Of a DNA stretch of 38,338 bases, positions 25,952 to 33,897 are shown piece after piece. Origin of the DNA: Patescibacteria group bacterium. GTDB lineage: Bacteria; Patescibacteriota; Patescibacteriia; UBA1558. The notes under the pieces were generated by a model. The model made no database searches, was not told where the DNA came from, and worked only from the letters and a program-made list of their open reading frames with translations. Each line of letters opens with the position of its first letter. The first letter of the stretch is position 1. The DNA lies in contig JADHUR010000001.1 in assembly GCA_016784445.1 (NCBI GenBank), forward strand, positions 155,128-193,465, read 5' to 3'. The translations under genes were made by a program, and so were the position numbers.

Positions 25952-26443
25952 TTAATCGTTGTCTATCCAACCTTCATTCTCACTAATATTAAATCCCCAC
26001 GTACTATCATCTGCCTCTAAAGCCTTTGTATATAATTGATAGCTTTCACTACTACAAGTAGGGCATGTTGCCGTTAAGGCTTCCGGTGAAACATAAACAT
26101 AAACATTATCAACTGTATTTTGTGGATCTGTTACAAGAGGGGCTGTATATGTACTCATAGCAGATGCAAAATCACCGCCGGCGGTTATCCAACAGTCCTC
26201 TGTACTATCACAAACTAAAGGAACGGTGCTTCCACCAGCTGTCAGTGGAGCGCGATCATTTTCCTGAATATAAAGTTGTACTGCATTATTTAAAATCTTA
26301 ATATCTCCCTGACGTCTAGCATCTCTTGCTTTTTCTCTTGCAGTATTAAGTGATACCACAGCGAGTGTTGAAAGTAGCCCAATAATGGCTATAACAACTA
26401 ATAATTCTATAAGGGTGAACCCTTTTTGTTTGTTTTTATACAT
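25952..26443 (-). CDS. Type IV pilin / PulG-like pseudopilin
   Basis: KQKG|FTLIELLVVIAIIGLLSTLAVVSL N-methylation motif with Glu5; ...KARDARRQGDIK; Cys pairs CDSTEDC and CPTC. Confidence 0.93.
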   Translation of the reverse strand: MYKNKQKGFTLIELLVVIAIIGLLSTLAVVSLNTAREKARDARRQGDIKILNNAVQLYIQENDRAPLTAGGSTVPLVCDSTEDCWITAGGDFASAMSTYTAPLVTDPQNTVDNVYVYVSPEALTATCPTCSSESYQLYTKALEADDSTWGFNISENEGWIDND

Positions 26444-26501
26444 AGCTTGAATTTAATATTAATATACAGTAATATTATAATACAAATTTAATAAAAGTAA
26501 A

Positions 26502-28007
26502 ATGGATACACATAAAGCTAAAATTGAAGAAATCATTGCGGTTACCAAAAAACAGAACCCTGAAATGAGCCTAGAGCACGAAAAATTGATTCGTAATGCT
26601 TATTCTTTTGCTTCACTAGCACATCGCGGTCAAAAAAGACTCTCTGGTGATGACTATATTGTTCATTGTATTTCTACTGCAAAAGTACTTGCAGATATGC
26701 ACCTTGACCCTATTACTATAGCTGCTAGTTTATTACATGATGTACCAGAAGATACTAATGTGACACTATCTGAAATTAGGAAAAACTTTGGTAAAGAAAT
26801 TGCTCAAATAGTTGAAGGAATTACAAAGCTTAGTAAGGTTAAATATCGTGGTATTGAACGTTATGCTGAGAATTTACGTAAAATGTTTATTGCTATGGCA
26901 AAAGATATTCGTACAGTTGTAATTAAATTTGCAGATAGAATACATAATTTACAAACATTAAAATACCAACCCCCACAAAAAGCATTACGTATTGCTAAAG
27001 AGTCAATGGAAATATATGCACCAATTGCAGATAGATTAGGAATGGGAGAATTAAAATCTATGCTTGAAGATTTATCTTTTCCATATATTTATCCTAAAGA
27101 AAGTGCTTGGACCAAATCTATAACAAAAGATAGTTTGAAACATAAAGAAAAGATTATTGAAAAAGCTAAACGTACTCTATCTAAAGAGCTTAAAAAAAGT
27201 AATATTGAAACTAATGGTATATCAAGTCGTGTAAAAAGTATTTATAGTATTTATGAGAAGCTAATGTCACATGACAAGAATCTCGATCGTATTTATGATT
27301 TAGTTGCTATGCGAGTAATTGTTAAAACAGAAAAAGATTGTTATGCGGTCCTTGGAATCATTCATACATTATGGACACCTCTAAAAGGTAGAATTAAAGA
27401 TTATATAGCTCAACCAAAACCAAATGGTTATCAATCACTTCACACTACTCTATTTACCGGTAAGGGAGAAATTATTGAAATACAAATACGTACACAAGAA
27501 ATGCATGATATTGCAGAATTTGGAATTGCAGCACATTGGCATTACTCTGCTAATAAAGCTGGGACAATTCCTGTTAATTACAAAGAATGGATTAATAACT
27601 TAATAGAGTGGCAAGCAGATATTGGAGATAGTGAAAAATACTTAGATAATTTACAAAAAGTTAAACTAGACTTTTTTAAGAATAGAATATTTGTTTTTAC
27701 TCCCGAAGGTGATGTTATTGATTTACCAGAAAATGCTACTCCTATAGATTTTGCATACACCATTCATACAGACCTAGGTAATAGATGTATAGAAGCTAGA
27801 ATTAATAGGGCTATAGCTAACCTAGACAGTAAGCTTAAAAATGGTGATGTAGTAGAAATTATTACTAATAAATCTAGACAATGGCCAAATCCTGATTGGC
27901 TAGACTTTGTTAAAACAGATCAGGCCAGAGACAAAATAAAAGCTGCCCTAAAAAAGAAAAGAGGTTTTAAAAACCTCAATCTCAAGAATCCTTTTTCTAA
28001 AGAATAG
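26502..28007 (+). CDS. rel: Bifunctional (p)ppGpp synthetase/hydrolase (RelA/SpoT family) with HD, synthetase and TGS domains, lacking the C-terminal ZFD/ACT
   Basis: HRGQKRLSG, LHDVPEDT, KFADRIHN, RVKSIYSI, GRIKDYIA, YQSLHT, EIQIRT, VFTPEG, TPIDFAYTIHT. Confidence 0.93.
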   Translation: MDTHKAKIEEIIAVTKKQNPEMSLEHEKLIRNAYSFASLAHRGQKRLSGDDYIVHCISTAKVLADMHLDPITIAASLLHDVPEDTNVTLSEIRKNFGKEIAQIVEGITKLSKVKYRGIERYAENLRKMFIAMAKDIRTVVIKFADRIHNLQTLKYQPPQKALRIAKESMEIYAPIADRLGMGELKSMLEDLSFPYIYPKESAWTKSITKDSLKHKEKIIEKAKRTLSKELKKSNIETNGISSRVKSIYSIYEKLMSHDKNLDRIYDLVAMRVIVKTEKDCYAVLGIIHTLWTPLKGRIKDYIAQPKPNGYQSLHTTLFTGKGEIIEIQIRTQEMHDIAEFGIAAHWHYSANKAGTIPVNYKEWINNLIEWQADIGDSEKYLDNLQKVKLDFFKNRIFVFTPEGDVIDLPENATPIDFAYTIHTDLGNRCIEARINRAIANLDSKLKNGDVVEIITNKSRQWPNPDWLDFVKTDQARDKIKAALKKKRGFKNLNLKNPFSKE

Positions 28008-28008
28008 T

Positions 28009-28887
28009 CTACTCTACAATTTTACCTATAATTCTCTTTAATTCTTCAATAGAATAATACTCAATAACCAATCTGCCACCATTCTCATCTGTTTCTATTT
28101 TAATTCTAGTATCTAAATAATTTCTTAATCTTTCCTCATCAGCAGATAATTCTATATTTGAGGCTCCAATCGGAGCTGTTTTTTTATACCTGGCTGTAGC
28201 TCTACGAGTCTCTCTAACAGTCATACCCTCTCTTATAATCTTTTTAAATAACTTCATCTGATATTTAGGATCTTCTACACTTAAGATTATCTTTGCCTGT
28301 CCCTTGCTAATGGTTCCAAGTCTTATTGCTTCTTGTATTTCCTTTGGTAAATTTAATAATCTAATGGAATTAGCAATAGATGATCTATTCTTATCTACTC
28401 TATCTGCTACTTGCTCTTGAGTCATATTAAACTCATCTATAAATCTCTTATATGCAAGTGCTTCTTCAATGGCATTTAAATTCTCTCTTTGTAAATTTTC
28501 AAGTAAAGCAAGTTCTAATTTTTCTAAATCTGTTGTTGCTCTCACTATGACTGGTACTTTCTCAAGTCCTATTAAAGTAGCTGCTTGCCATCTACGCTCA
28601 CCGGCAATCAATTGATAGTCTTCACCCTTCTTCGAAACAAGTAATGGAGCTAAAATACCATACTTCTTAATAGATTCAGCTAATTGTTCTAATTCTTCAT
28701 GTTTAAAATCTAATCTAGGCTGATAAGGATTAGGAGTTATTCTAGTTGTTAAAACACGCTGAAGAGTACCCTCTTCATTTGTTGGTTTAATATCATCTTG
28801 TATTAAATTTATTTCTTCTTCTGGTTGAGATATTGGTGTCTGTGGAATCAATGACCCCAATCCTCTACCCAAACTTCTATTTACCAT
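28009..28887 (-). CDS. parB: ParB/Spo0J partition protein
   Basis: SLGRGLGSLI, NPYQPR, LIAGERRWQA, ENLQRENLN, HTH region. Confidence 0.97.
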   Translation of the reverse strand: MVNRSLGRGLGSLIPQTPISQPEEEINLIQDDIKPTNEEGTLQRVLTTRITPNPYQPRLDFKHEELEQLAESIKKYGILAPLLVSKKGEDYQLIAGERRWQAATLIGLEKVPVIVRATTDLEKLELALLENLQRENLNAIEEALAYKRFIDEFNMTQEQVADRVDKNRSSIANSIRLLNLPKEIQEAIRLGTISKGQAKIILSVEDPKYQMKLFKKIIREGMTVRETRRATARYKKTAPIGASNIELSADEERLRNYLDTRIKIETDENGGRLVIEYYSIEELKRIIGKIVE

Positions 28888-28904
28888 ATATATATTATAT
28901 CAGA

Positions 28905-29675
28905 TTAAAAGCGTTTTGCCTCGGCTATTTCTTTTGCAAGCTTCTCATAAGCTTTTGCACCTTTCGATCTATTATCATACTCATAAATAGATTTACCATG
29001 AGATGGAGCTTCTGCTAGTCTTACATTTCTAGGAATAATAGATCTAAATATTTTATTTGGAAAATATTTATATAATTCATAAAAAACAGACTCAGATAAT
29101 TTAGACCTACCATCATACATTGTCATAACTGCACCTAATATTTTTAACTCCGGCTTTAAATTCTGCCTTACAAGCTCAATAGTATGAAGCAATTGACTCA
29201 ATCCCTCTAAAGCATAATATTCAGTTTGTACAGGTATTAGCACTTCATCTGCTGCAACTAAACCATTAATTGCTAAAATACCTAGTGATGGCGGATTGTC
29301 TATTATTACAAAGTCATACTTATGTGAAATTGTGCTAATATTATCCCAAAGCTTAAATTCTCGTCTTGGCATTGAAACAAGTTCTATATTAGCACCAGCT
29401 AAATTTGTATTTGCTGGAGCTAAGTGTAATTTACTAATCTTTGTCTTTTTAATAATGCTATCTAACTGTTTAGGCTCGTCAACCAGAACATCATAAATAC
29501 TCTCCTCAAGATCTGTTACCCGCAAGCCAAAGCCAGAAGATGCATTACCTTGTGGATCAATATCCACTAGCAAAACCTTATATCCGAGTTTAGCTAAAAA
29601 AGCCGACAAATTAATTGCAGTAGTTGTTTTGCCGACTCCACCTTTTTGATTTACAACGGATATTGTTCTTGTCAT
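28905..29675 (-). CDS. parA: ParA/Soj ATPase
   Basis: NQKGGVGKTT, DIDPQGNAS, PVQTEYYALEGL, IPRNVRLAEAPSHG. Confidence 0.97.
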   Translation of the reverse strand: MTRTISVVNQKGGVGKTTTAINLSAFLAKLGYKVLLVDIDPQGNASSGFGLRVTDLEESIYDVLVDEPKQLDSIIKKTKISKLHLAPANTNLAGANIELVSMPRREFKLWDNISTISHKYDFVIIDNPPSLGILAINGLVAADEVLIPVQTEYYALEGLSQLLHTIELVRQNLKPELKILGAVMTMYDGRSKLSESVFYELYKYFPNKIFRSIIPRNVRLAEAPSHGKSIYEYDNRSKGAKAYEKLAKEIAEAKRF

Positions 29676-29734
29676 AATTGACTTAATTATACCTAAAAAA
29701 TTGCTTTATTTCAATGATATAAACTGCATATGGG

Positions 29735-29763
29735 TTGACTTATTAACATAAATACCGTAAAAT
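29735..29763 (+). promoter_or_regulatory. Sigma70 promoter of the tRNA cluster
   Basis: TTGACT-17 nt-TAAAAT, 26 nt before tRNA-Leu. Confidence 0.75.
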
Positions 29764-29789
29764 AATAACGCTTTTATAGATGTCCACCA

Positions 29790-29876
29790 GGGCGAGTGGT
29801 GGAACTGGTAGACACGTAGGTCTCAAAAACCTATAGGCGCAAGCCTGTGAGGGTTCGATTCCCTCTTCGCCCACCA
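29790..29876 (+). tRNA. tRNA-Leu(CAA)
   Basis: Acceptor GGGCGAG/TTCGCCC, anticodon loop CTCAAAA, long variable arm, GTTCGA T-loop, encoded CCA. Confidence 0.96.
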
Positions 29877-29877
29877 T

Positions 29878-29954
29878 GGCGGGGTAGCTCAGGTGGTTAG
29901 AGCGCAGCACTCATAACGCTGAGGTCGTGGGTTCAAATCCCACCCCCGCTACCA
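29878..29954 (+). tRNA. tRNA-Met(CAT), probably elongator
   Basis: Anticodon loop CTCATAA, paired 1:72, G2-C71/C3-G70, A73, encoded CCA; Ile2(lysidine) cannot be fully excluded. Confidence 0.9.
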
Positions 29955-29968
29955 AAAATTATGAAAAT

Positions 29969-29997
29969 TTGACAATTATTATCCTGCAAGATAATAT
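29969..29997 (+). promoter_or_regulatory. Internal promoter for tRNA-fMet
   Basis: TTGACA-17 nt-TAATAT. Confidence 0.65.
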
Positions 29998-30013
29998 ATA
30001 TACACAATTACAT

Positions 30014-30089
30014 CGCGGGGTAGAGCAGTTGGCAGCTCGTCGGGCCCATAACCCGAAGGTCGTTGGTTCGAGTCCAACCCCCGCTACCA
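30014..30089 (+). tRNA. Initiator tRNA-fMet(CAT)
   Basis: C1:U72 mismatch, three consecutive G-C pairs in the anticodon stem (TCGGG/CCCGA), CAT anticodon, encoded CCA. Confidence 0.96.
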
Positions 30090-30094
30090 AAAAC

Positions 30095-30121
30095 AGCTCA
30101 GACTTATTCTGGGCTTTTTTT
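30095..30121 (+). terminator. Intrinsic terminator after the tRNA cluster
   Basis: AGCTCAGA-CTTAT-TCTGGGCT followed by a T run. Confidence 0.8.
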
Positions 30122-30144
30122 GTTAAATAAACTATAATACATTT

Positions 30145-30600
30145 ATGTATTTAACTACTCACAGTGCTGTTGGAATAGTGCTTGCAACAAAAACAGTAAA
30201 TCCACTATTCGCTTTTATATTTGCATTCATTGCACATTATATTTTAGATATAATTCCACACGGTGATGAATCTATCTTTAATAAAGATATATCTGCAGTA
30301 AAAAGATATAAAAAAATTATATCTATTGTCTTATTAGATCTCGCTATTACAGCAGTCTATGTTTTCTTTATTATGACAAAAGTTCCTTTAAGTCCTGTAA
30401 TTATATTTGCGGCAGTACTCGGATCAATATTACCAGATATAATTTGGGGCATTTATGATATTAAATCTATAAAAATATTAAAACCATTTGTTAAACTTCA
30501 TAACTTCTTTCACAATCCTAGTAAAAAAATACTACATCTTAATATAGGACTTATTGGTCAAGGAATATTAATAATACTTCTTTATATAATTACAATATAA
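30145..30600 (+). CDS. Predicted membrane-bound metal-dependent hydrolase (YdjM-like)
   Basis: N-terminal THSAVG, HYILDIIPHGD, GSILPD and late H motifs in a multi-TM protein. Confidence 0.65.
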   Translation: MYLTTHSAVGIVLATKTVNPLFAFIFAFIAHYILDIIPHGDESIFNKDISAVKRYKKIISIVLLDLAITAVYVFFIMTKVPLSPVIIFAAVLGSILPDIIWGIYDIKSIKILKPFVKLHNFFHNPSKKILHLNIGLIGQGILIILLYIITI

Positions 30601-30608
30601 TTAAAAAT

Positions 30609-30640
30609 AAAAATACCCGCTTAGTAAGCGGGTATTTTTT
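30609..30640. terminator. Bidirectional terminator between the hydrolase-like gene and ferredoxin
   Basis: AAAAATACCCGCTT-AGT-AAGCGGGTATTTTT perfect 14-bp stem. Confidence 0.9.
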
Positions 30641-30641
30641 A

Positions 30642-30827
30642 TTACTTTAAACTAATTGCTTGAGTTGGGCAGCTATCAACCGCCTGCTGACAATCACATC
30701 CTTTTGCACATCCAGACTCATCTATTACTCTAGATTTTCCATCATCATCAAATTCAAATACTTTTGGACACAATGCCATACATGTACCACAACCGGTACA
30801 TTTATCCTTATCTACAGCTGGTTTCAT
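30642..30827 (-). CDS. Small [4Fe-4S] ferredoxin
   Basis: CTGCGTCMALCP...VDSCPTQAI in 61 aa. Confidence 0.92.
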   Translation of the reverse strand: MKPAVDKDKCTGCGTCMALCPKVFEFDDDGKSRVIDESGCAKGCDCQQAVDSCPTQAISLK

Positions 30828-30865
30828 ATATTATTGTTAATAATTATATATAAATTCTACCAATT

Positions 30866-30889
30866 AAAAAAACACCTGGCAAGGTGTTT
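30866..30889 (-). terminator. Terminator closing the glycan operon
   Basis: AAACACCT-TGCC-AGGTGTTT followed by a T run on the minus strand. Confidence 0.8.
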
Positions 30890-30899
30890 AATATATACC

Positions 30900-32039
30900 T
30901 TAAAATAATGTTGTTTTCCAAACCTTTGGTAAATGAAATTCTTGAGCATAAACATCTGCTAATGATTTAGCAATTTGCTCCCAATCATAATTCTCTCTAA
31001 TAAGTTTTTGATTCACTTTTCCTTCACTTCTTACCTTATCCTGATAACGTATAACATATCTCATTTGTTTCTTCAATTTAGCAATATCATTAACTGGAAA
31101 ATCATACCAATAACAGCCTTCTACTGCATCTTGATGTCCTAAAATATCACTTAGAATAACAGGAGTTCCTAAACTTAATGCTTCAAGAACGGAAATAGGC
31201 ATACCTTCATCCTCTGATGCAGAAAGAAATGCTGCAGCCTTAGATATCAAATTAAAAAGTCTATCTCCAGATAACCATCCTGTAAATATAATATTATTAT
31301 CTGCCATATTTTGGAGTTTAGCAGCATAACTGGTTGTAAAACTTGAATCCCCTACAATCACTAACTTCATATCAGGATTATTTAATTCCTTAAAAGCTGT
31401 AATAATATCCTCTACTTTTTTATGTTTAATAAAACGTGAAACCACAATATAATATTTATTAACTTTTACACCCAAATCTTTGAGTAATCTATCTCCAGAT
31501 TTAATATCTCCTGTATATACACCATTAGGAATATATGTTGTTGGTGTCTTATATCTAACTAAACTGTATTTCTGTAAACCCTTAGATACTGTAACTGTTC
31601 TGTGAGGAAATTTGCAAGCAGTCCACTCACCTATTGTTAATATAGTTCTCGCAAACCATGACCACTTTGCATGATTTCTATCTAATGAATGAAATGTAAC
31701 AACTACTTCTGTATTTGGTTTAAATATTCTTGGAATAAAAGACAATAATGATGGTCCCACCCCTTGATAATGTATAACATCATAATCCTGCCATAAAGCA
31801 TGAATAGTGGCAATAAATACATGAGAAATTGCATCTAAATGCTTTGTATGTAATGAGGGAAGGCTGACTAAATTTACACCATGCCAAGTTTTTCTTGTTT
31901 TACTAGTATAATATGGCCTTGTATAAACAAAAACCTCATGGTCTAATTTAACCAAGTTCTGACTTACTCCTTCGACATATCTTTCAACACCGCCGAATTT
32001 AGTAGGTATTCCTTTTTGTCCAATAAATGCTATTTTCAT
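30900..32039 (-). CDS. Glycosyltransferase family 4 (GT-B)
   Basis: MKIAFIGQKGIPTKFGGVERYVE; EX7E motif EGMPISVLEALSLG. Confidence 0.93.
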   Translation of the reverse strand: MKIAFIGQKGIPTKFGGVERYVEGVSQNLVKLDHEVFVYTRPYYTSKTRKTWHGVNLVSLPSLHTKHLDAISHVFIATIHALWQDYDVIHYQGVGPSLLSFIPRIFKPNTEVVVTFHSLDRNHAKWSWFARTILTIGEWTACKFPHRTVTVSKGLQKYSLVRYKTPTTYIPNGVYTGDIKSGDRLLKDLGVKVNKYYIVVSRFIKHKKVEDIITAFKELNNPDMKLVIVGDSSFTTSYAAKLQNMADNNIIFTGWLSGDRLFNLISKAAAFLSASEDEGMPISVLEALSLGTPVILSDILGHQDAVEGCYWYDFPVNDIAKLKKQMRYVIRYQDKVRSEGKVNQKLIRENYDWEQIAKSLADVYAQEFHLPKVWKTTLF

Positions 32040-32109
32040 ATTTTTTTATCGATATCAAACTTTAACAATTAATTATACATCTGTCAAGGTATTGCTATTG
32101 AACAACTCT

Positions 32110-33897
32110 TCAATCATTAATAACCCTTCCATCATTGGACCAAAAATTATCCAATAACATATTGTTATCTAATTCAATAATCTCCTGATAAATAATATTA
32201 TCATTTACTAGTGATTTGGCATTAGCTGTAATATTACGTAATAGTGATACCGTTTTACCAACTTGACTATTATCTGGTATAATTTCAAATTGTAAATTTA
32301 ATCTAGGCTGTGGTTGATAATACCAACTTGTATCATACTCATCTACTTCCCATGATATACCATCTCCATTAATCACATTTCCTAATGAAGAATTATAATC
32401 TATTAATTTAACATTGTTCCCAAGCTGTGCTTTCAAAATTAAATTTTCAACCCCACCAAAACTTGGCCATAAACGAATGCTTACCCAATAACTTGTTGAC
32501 TCACCCACCTCTGGTGGTAATGGACCATAACCAATTTGATCACCACTTGGTGTAAAGTAATAAAGTCTTGCACTAATATCTAAATGAGGTGTAACTGTTA
32601 ACTGTTTTTTCTCACTAAACACATATATTCTATTTGTTCCGTCTCCTTTATTATCGAGCCAAGATAATTCTGCCCAAATAGACATTTCTGTTCCAGTATC
32701 ACCACTAATTCTTTTGATAATGAATTTTGGATTAAAGAAATCCTCTGCTTGAACCTCAACTGTCTTTGAATAGTATTGAGATGGAGTAAATTCAGTTTCT
32801 AAACCCACGCCACTGCTATAGAATTTAACTTGAACATCATTCAAATCTACTTCTTCATAATTATAATAATATATCTGAGCTTGATATTCATTTCCTAATA
32901 TATATTGATCCTGTGCAGTGATAGATAAATCTAAATCTACTTTGGGAAGTATATAGTCTGCTTCAGCTATTCTCCAATCTTGACGTAAAGATTCATCATT
33001 AATAATGATATTAGTAGCAATTCCAAATTTAGCTTGTGCGGCTGCTAAATATGTTAATCTACCAATAAGTTCCAACTCTTTAGTCTCATTTGCATTTAAA
33101 GAACCAATATTCCATTCATGATCTTTAAAATTATATGTATATTGTAAATACTCAAAATCTACAGGAAATTGCACAGCAAGTTTAACATCAGATAAATTAT
33201 CACTTGAATTATTTGTTACGGTTAATTTTATTGGAAGTCTATTATTTAAATATACCTTTTCTGGAACAGATATATTACTTGATAATAATGAGCCTATATA
33301 CTCAATATTTCTCGATATAGTCTTATTATGTCTTAGTCCAAGGTTTTTATAATACATTCTTATTTCCCAATCAGCACCTAATTTTGTATCTGCCCACATC
33401 AAACCATTAATTGTAAACTCACCATTAGAGCCTGGTAATAAATTACCCAAGGTAATGATATTATCTTTCTCACTATACTCAAAACCATTTGTAATTACTT
33501 CTTTAAAATCAAAACCTCTCGGTGGTACTAAACTCATATATGCATCTTCAATGGTATTCCTATTATCATTCTCCCAATAAATTACATAACTTACATCTTG
33601 CCCTGAAACCTGTTCACTATTAATACTCATTTCTAAATCTATATATCTATTACTAGTAATAGGGTGATTCCAAAAAAATATTAAAGCTACAAATAGCATC
33701 ATAATACCAATTATGATTAATAAATCGGAAACAAGTGACATCGATCTTTGATGATATAAACGAGCATATCTCATCTGTGCAGGTTTTATTACAATTCTGT
33801 GTGCATGAATACCAATAAGCTGACCAGATCTTTTCATAACTGATTGTTCAATCTTCCTATTTTCTTGTAAATTATTATCTTTCATATTTTTTACCAT
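32110..33897 (-). CDS. Membrane-anchored hypothetical protein with DUF11-like/Ig-like repeats
   Basis: One TM near the N-terminus; two similar modules (YVIYWENDN...ITLGNLLPGSNGEFTING and LTVTNNSS...WNIGSLNANETKELELIG); C-terminal YFTPSGDQIGYGPLPPEVGESTSYW; the start could be ATG 33885. Confidence 0.7.
   Translation of the reverse strand: MVKNMKDNNLQENRKIEQSVMKRSGQLIGIHAHRIVIKPAQMRYARLYHQRSMSLVSDLLIIIGIMMLFVALIFFWNHPITSNRYIDLEMSINSEQVSGQDVSYVIYWENDNRNTIEDAYMSLVPPRGFDFKEVITNGFEYSEKDNIITLGNLLPGSNGEFTINGLMWADTKLGADWEIRMYYKNLGLRHNKTISRNIEYIGSLLSSNISVPEKVYLNNRLPIKLTVTNNSSDNLSDVKLAVQFPVDFEYLQYTYNFKDHEWNIGSLNANETKELELIGRLTYLAAAQAKFGIATNIIINDESLRQDWRIAEADYILPKVDLDLSITAQDQYILGNEYQAQIYYYNYEEVDLNDVQVKFYSSGVGLETEFTPSQYYSKTVEVQAEDFFNPKFIIKRISGDTGTEMSIWAELSWLDNKGDGTNRIYVFSEKKQLTVTPHLDISARLYYFTPSGDQIGYGPLPPEVGESTSYWVSIRLWPSFGGVENLILKAQLGNNVKLIDYNSSLGNVINGDGISWEVDEYDTSWYYQPQPRLNLQFEIIPDNSQVGKTVSLLRNITANAKSLVNDNIIYQEIIELDNNMLLDNFWSNDGRVIND

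Noticed and set aside
19916-29496. Overlapping small ORFs (19916, 22366, 23121, 25405, 25717, 27578, 28833, 29296) and later ones (29927, 30660)
   Set aside because: They overlap well-supported genes or tRNAs and have no protein-like features.
29676-29789. Replication origin next to parAB
   Set aside because: No TTATCCACA-type DnaA boxes found by eye and no dnaA/gidAB; the region is explained by divergent promoters.
29937-30093. Prophage or island attachment site at the duplicated tRNA-Met 3' ends
   Set aside because: The duplication is explained by two complete tRNA genes; there is no integrase or partial tRNA copy elsewhere in the window.
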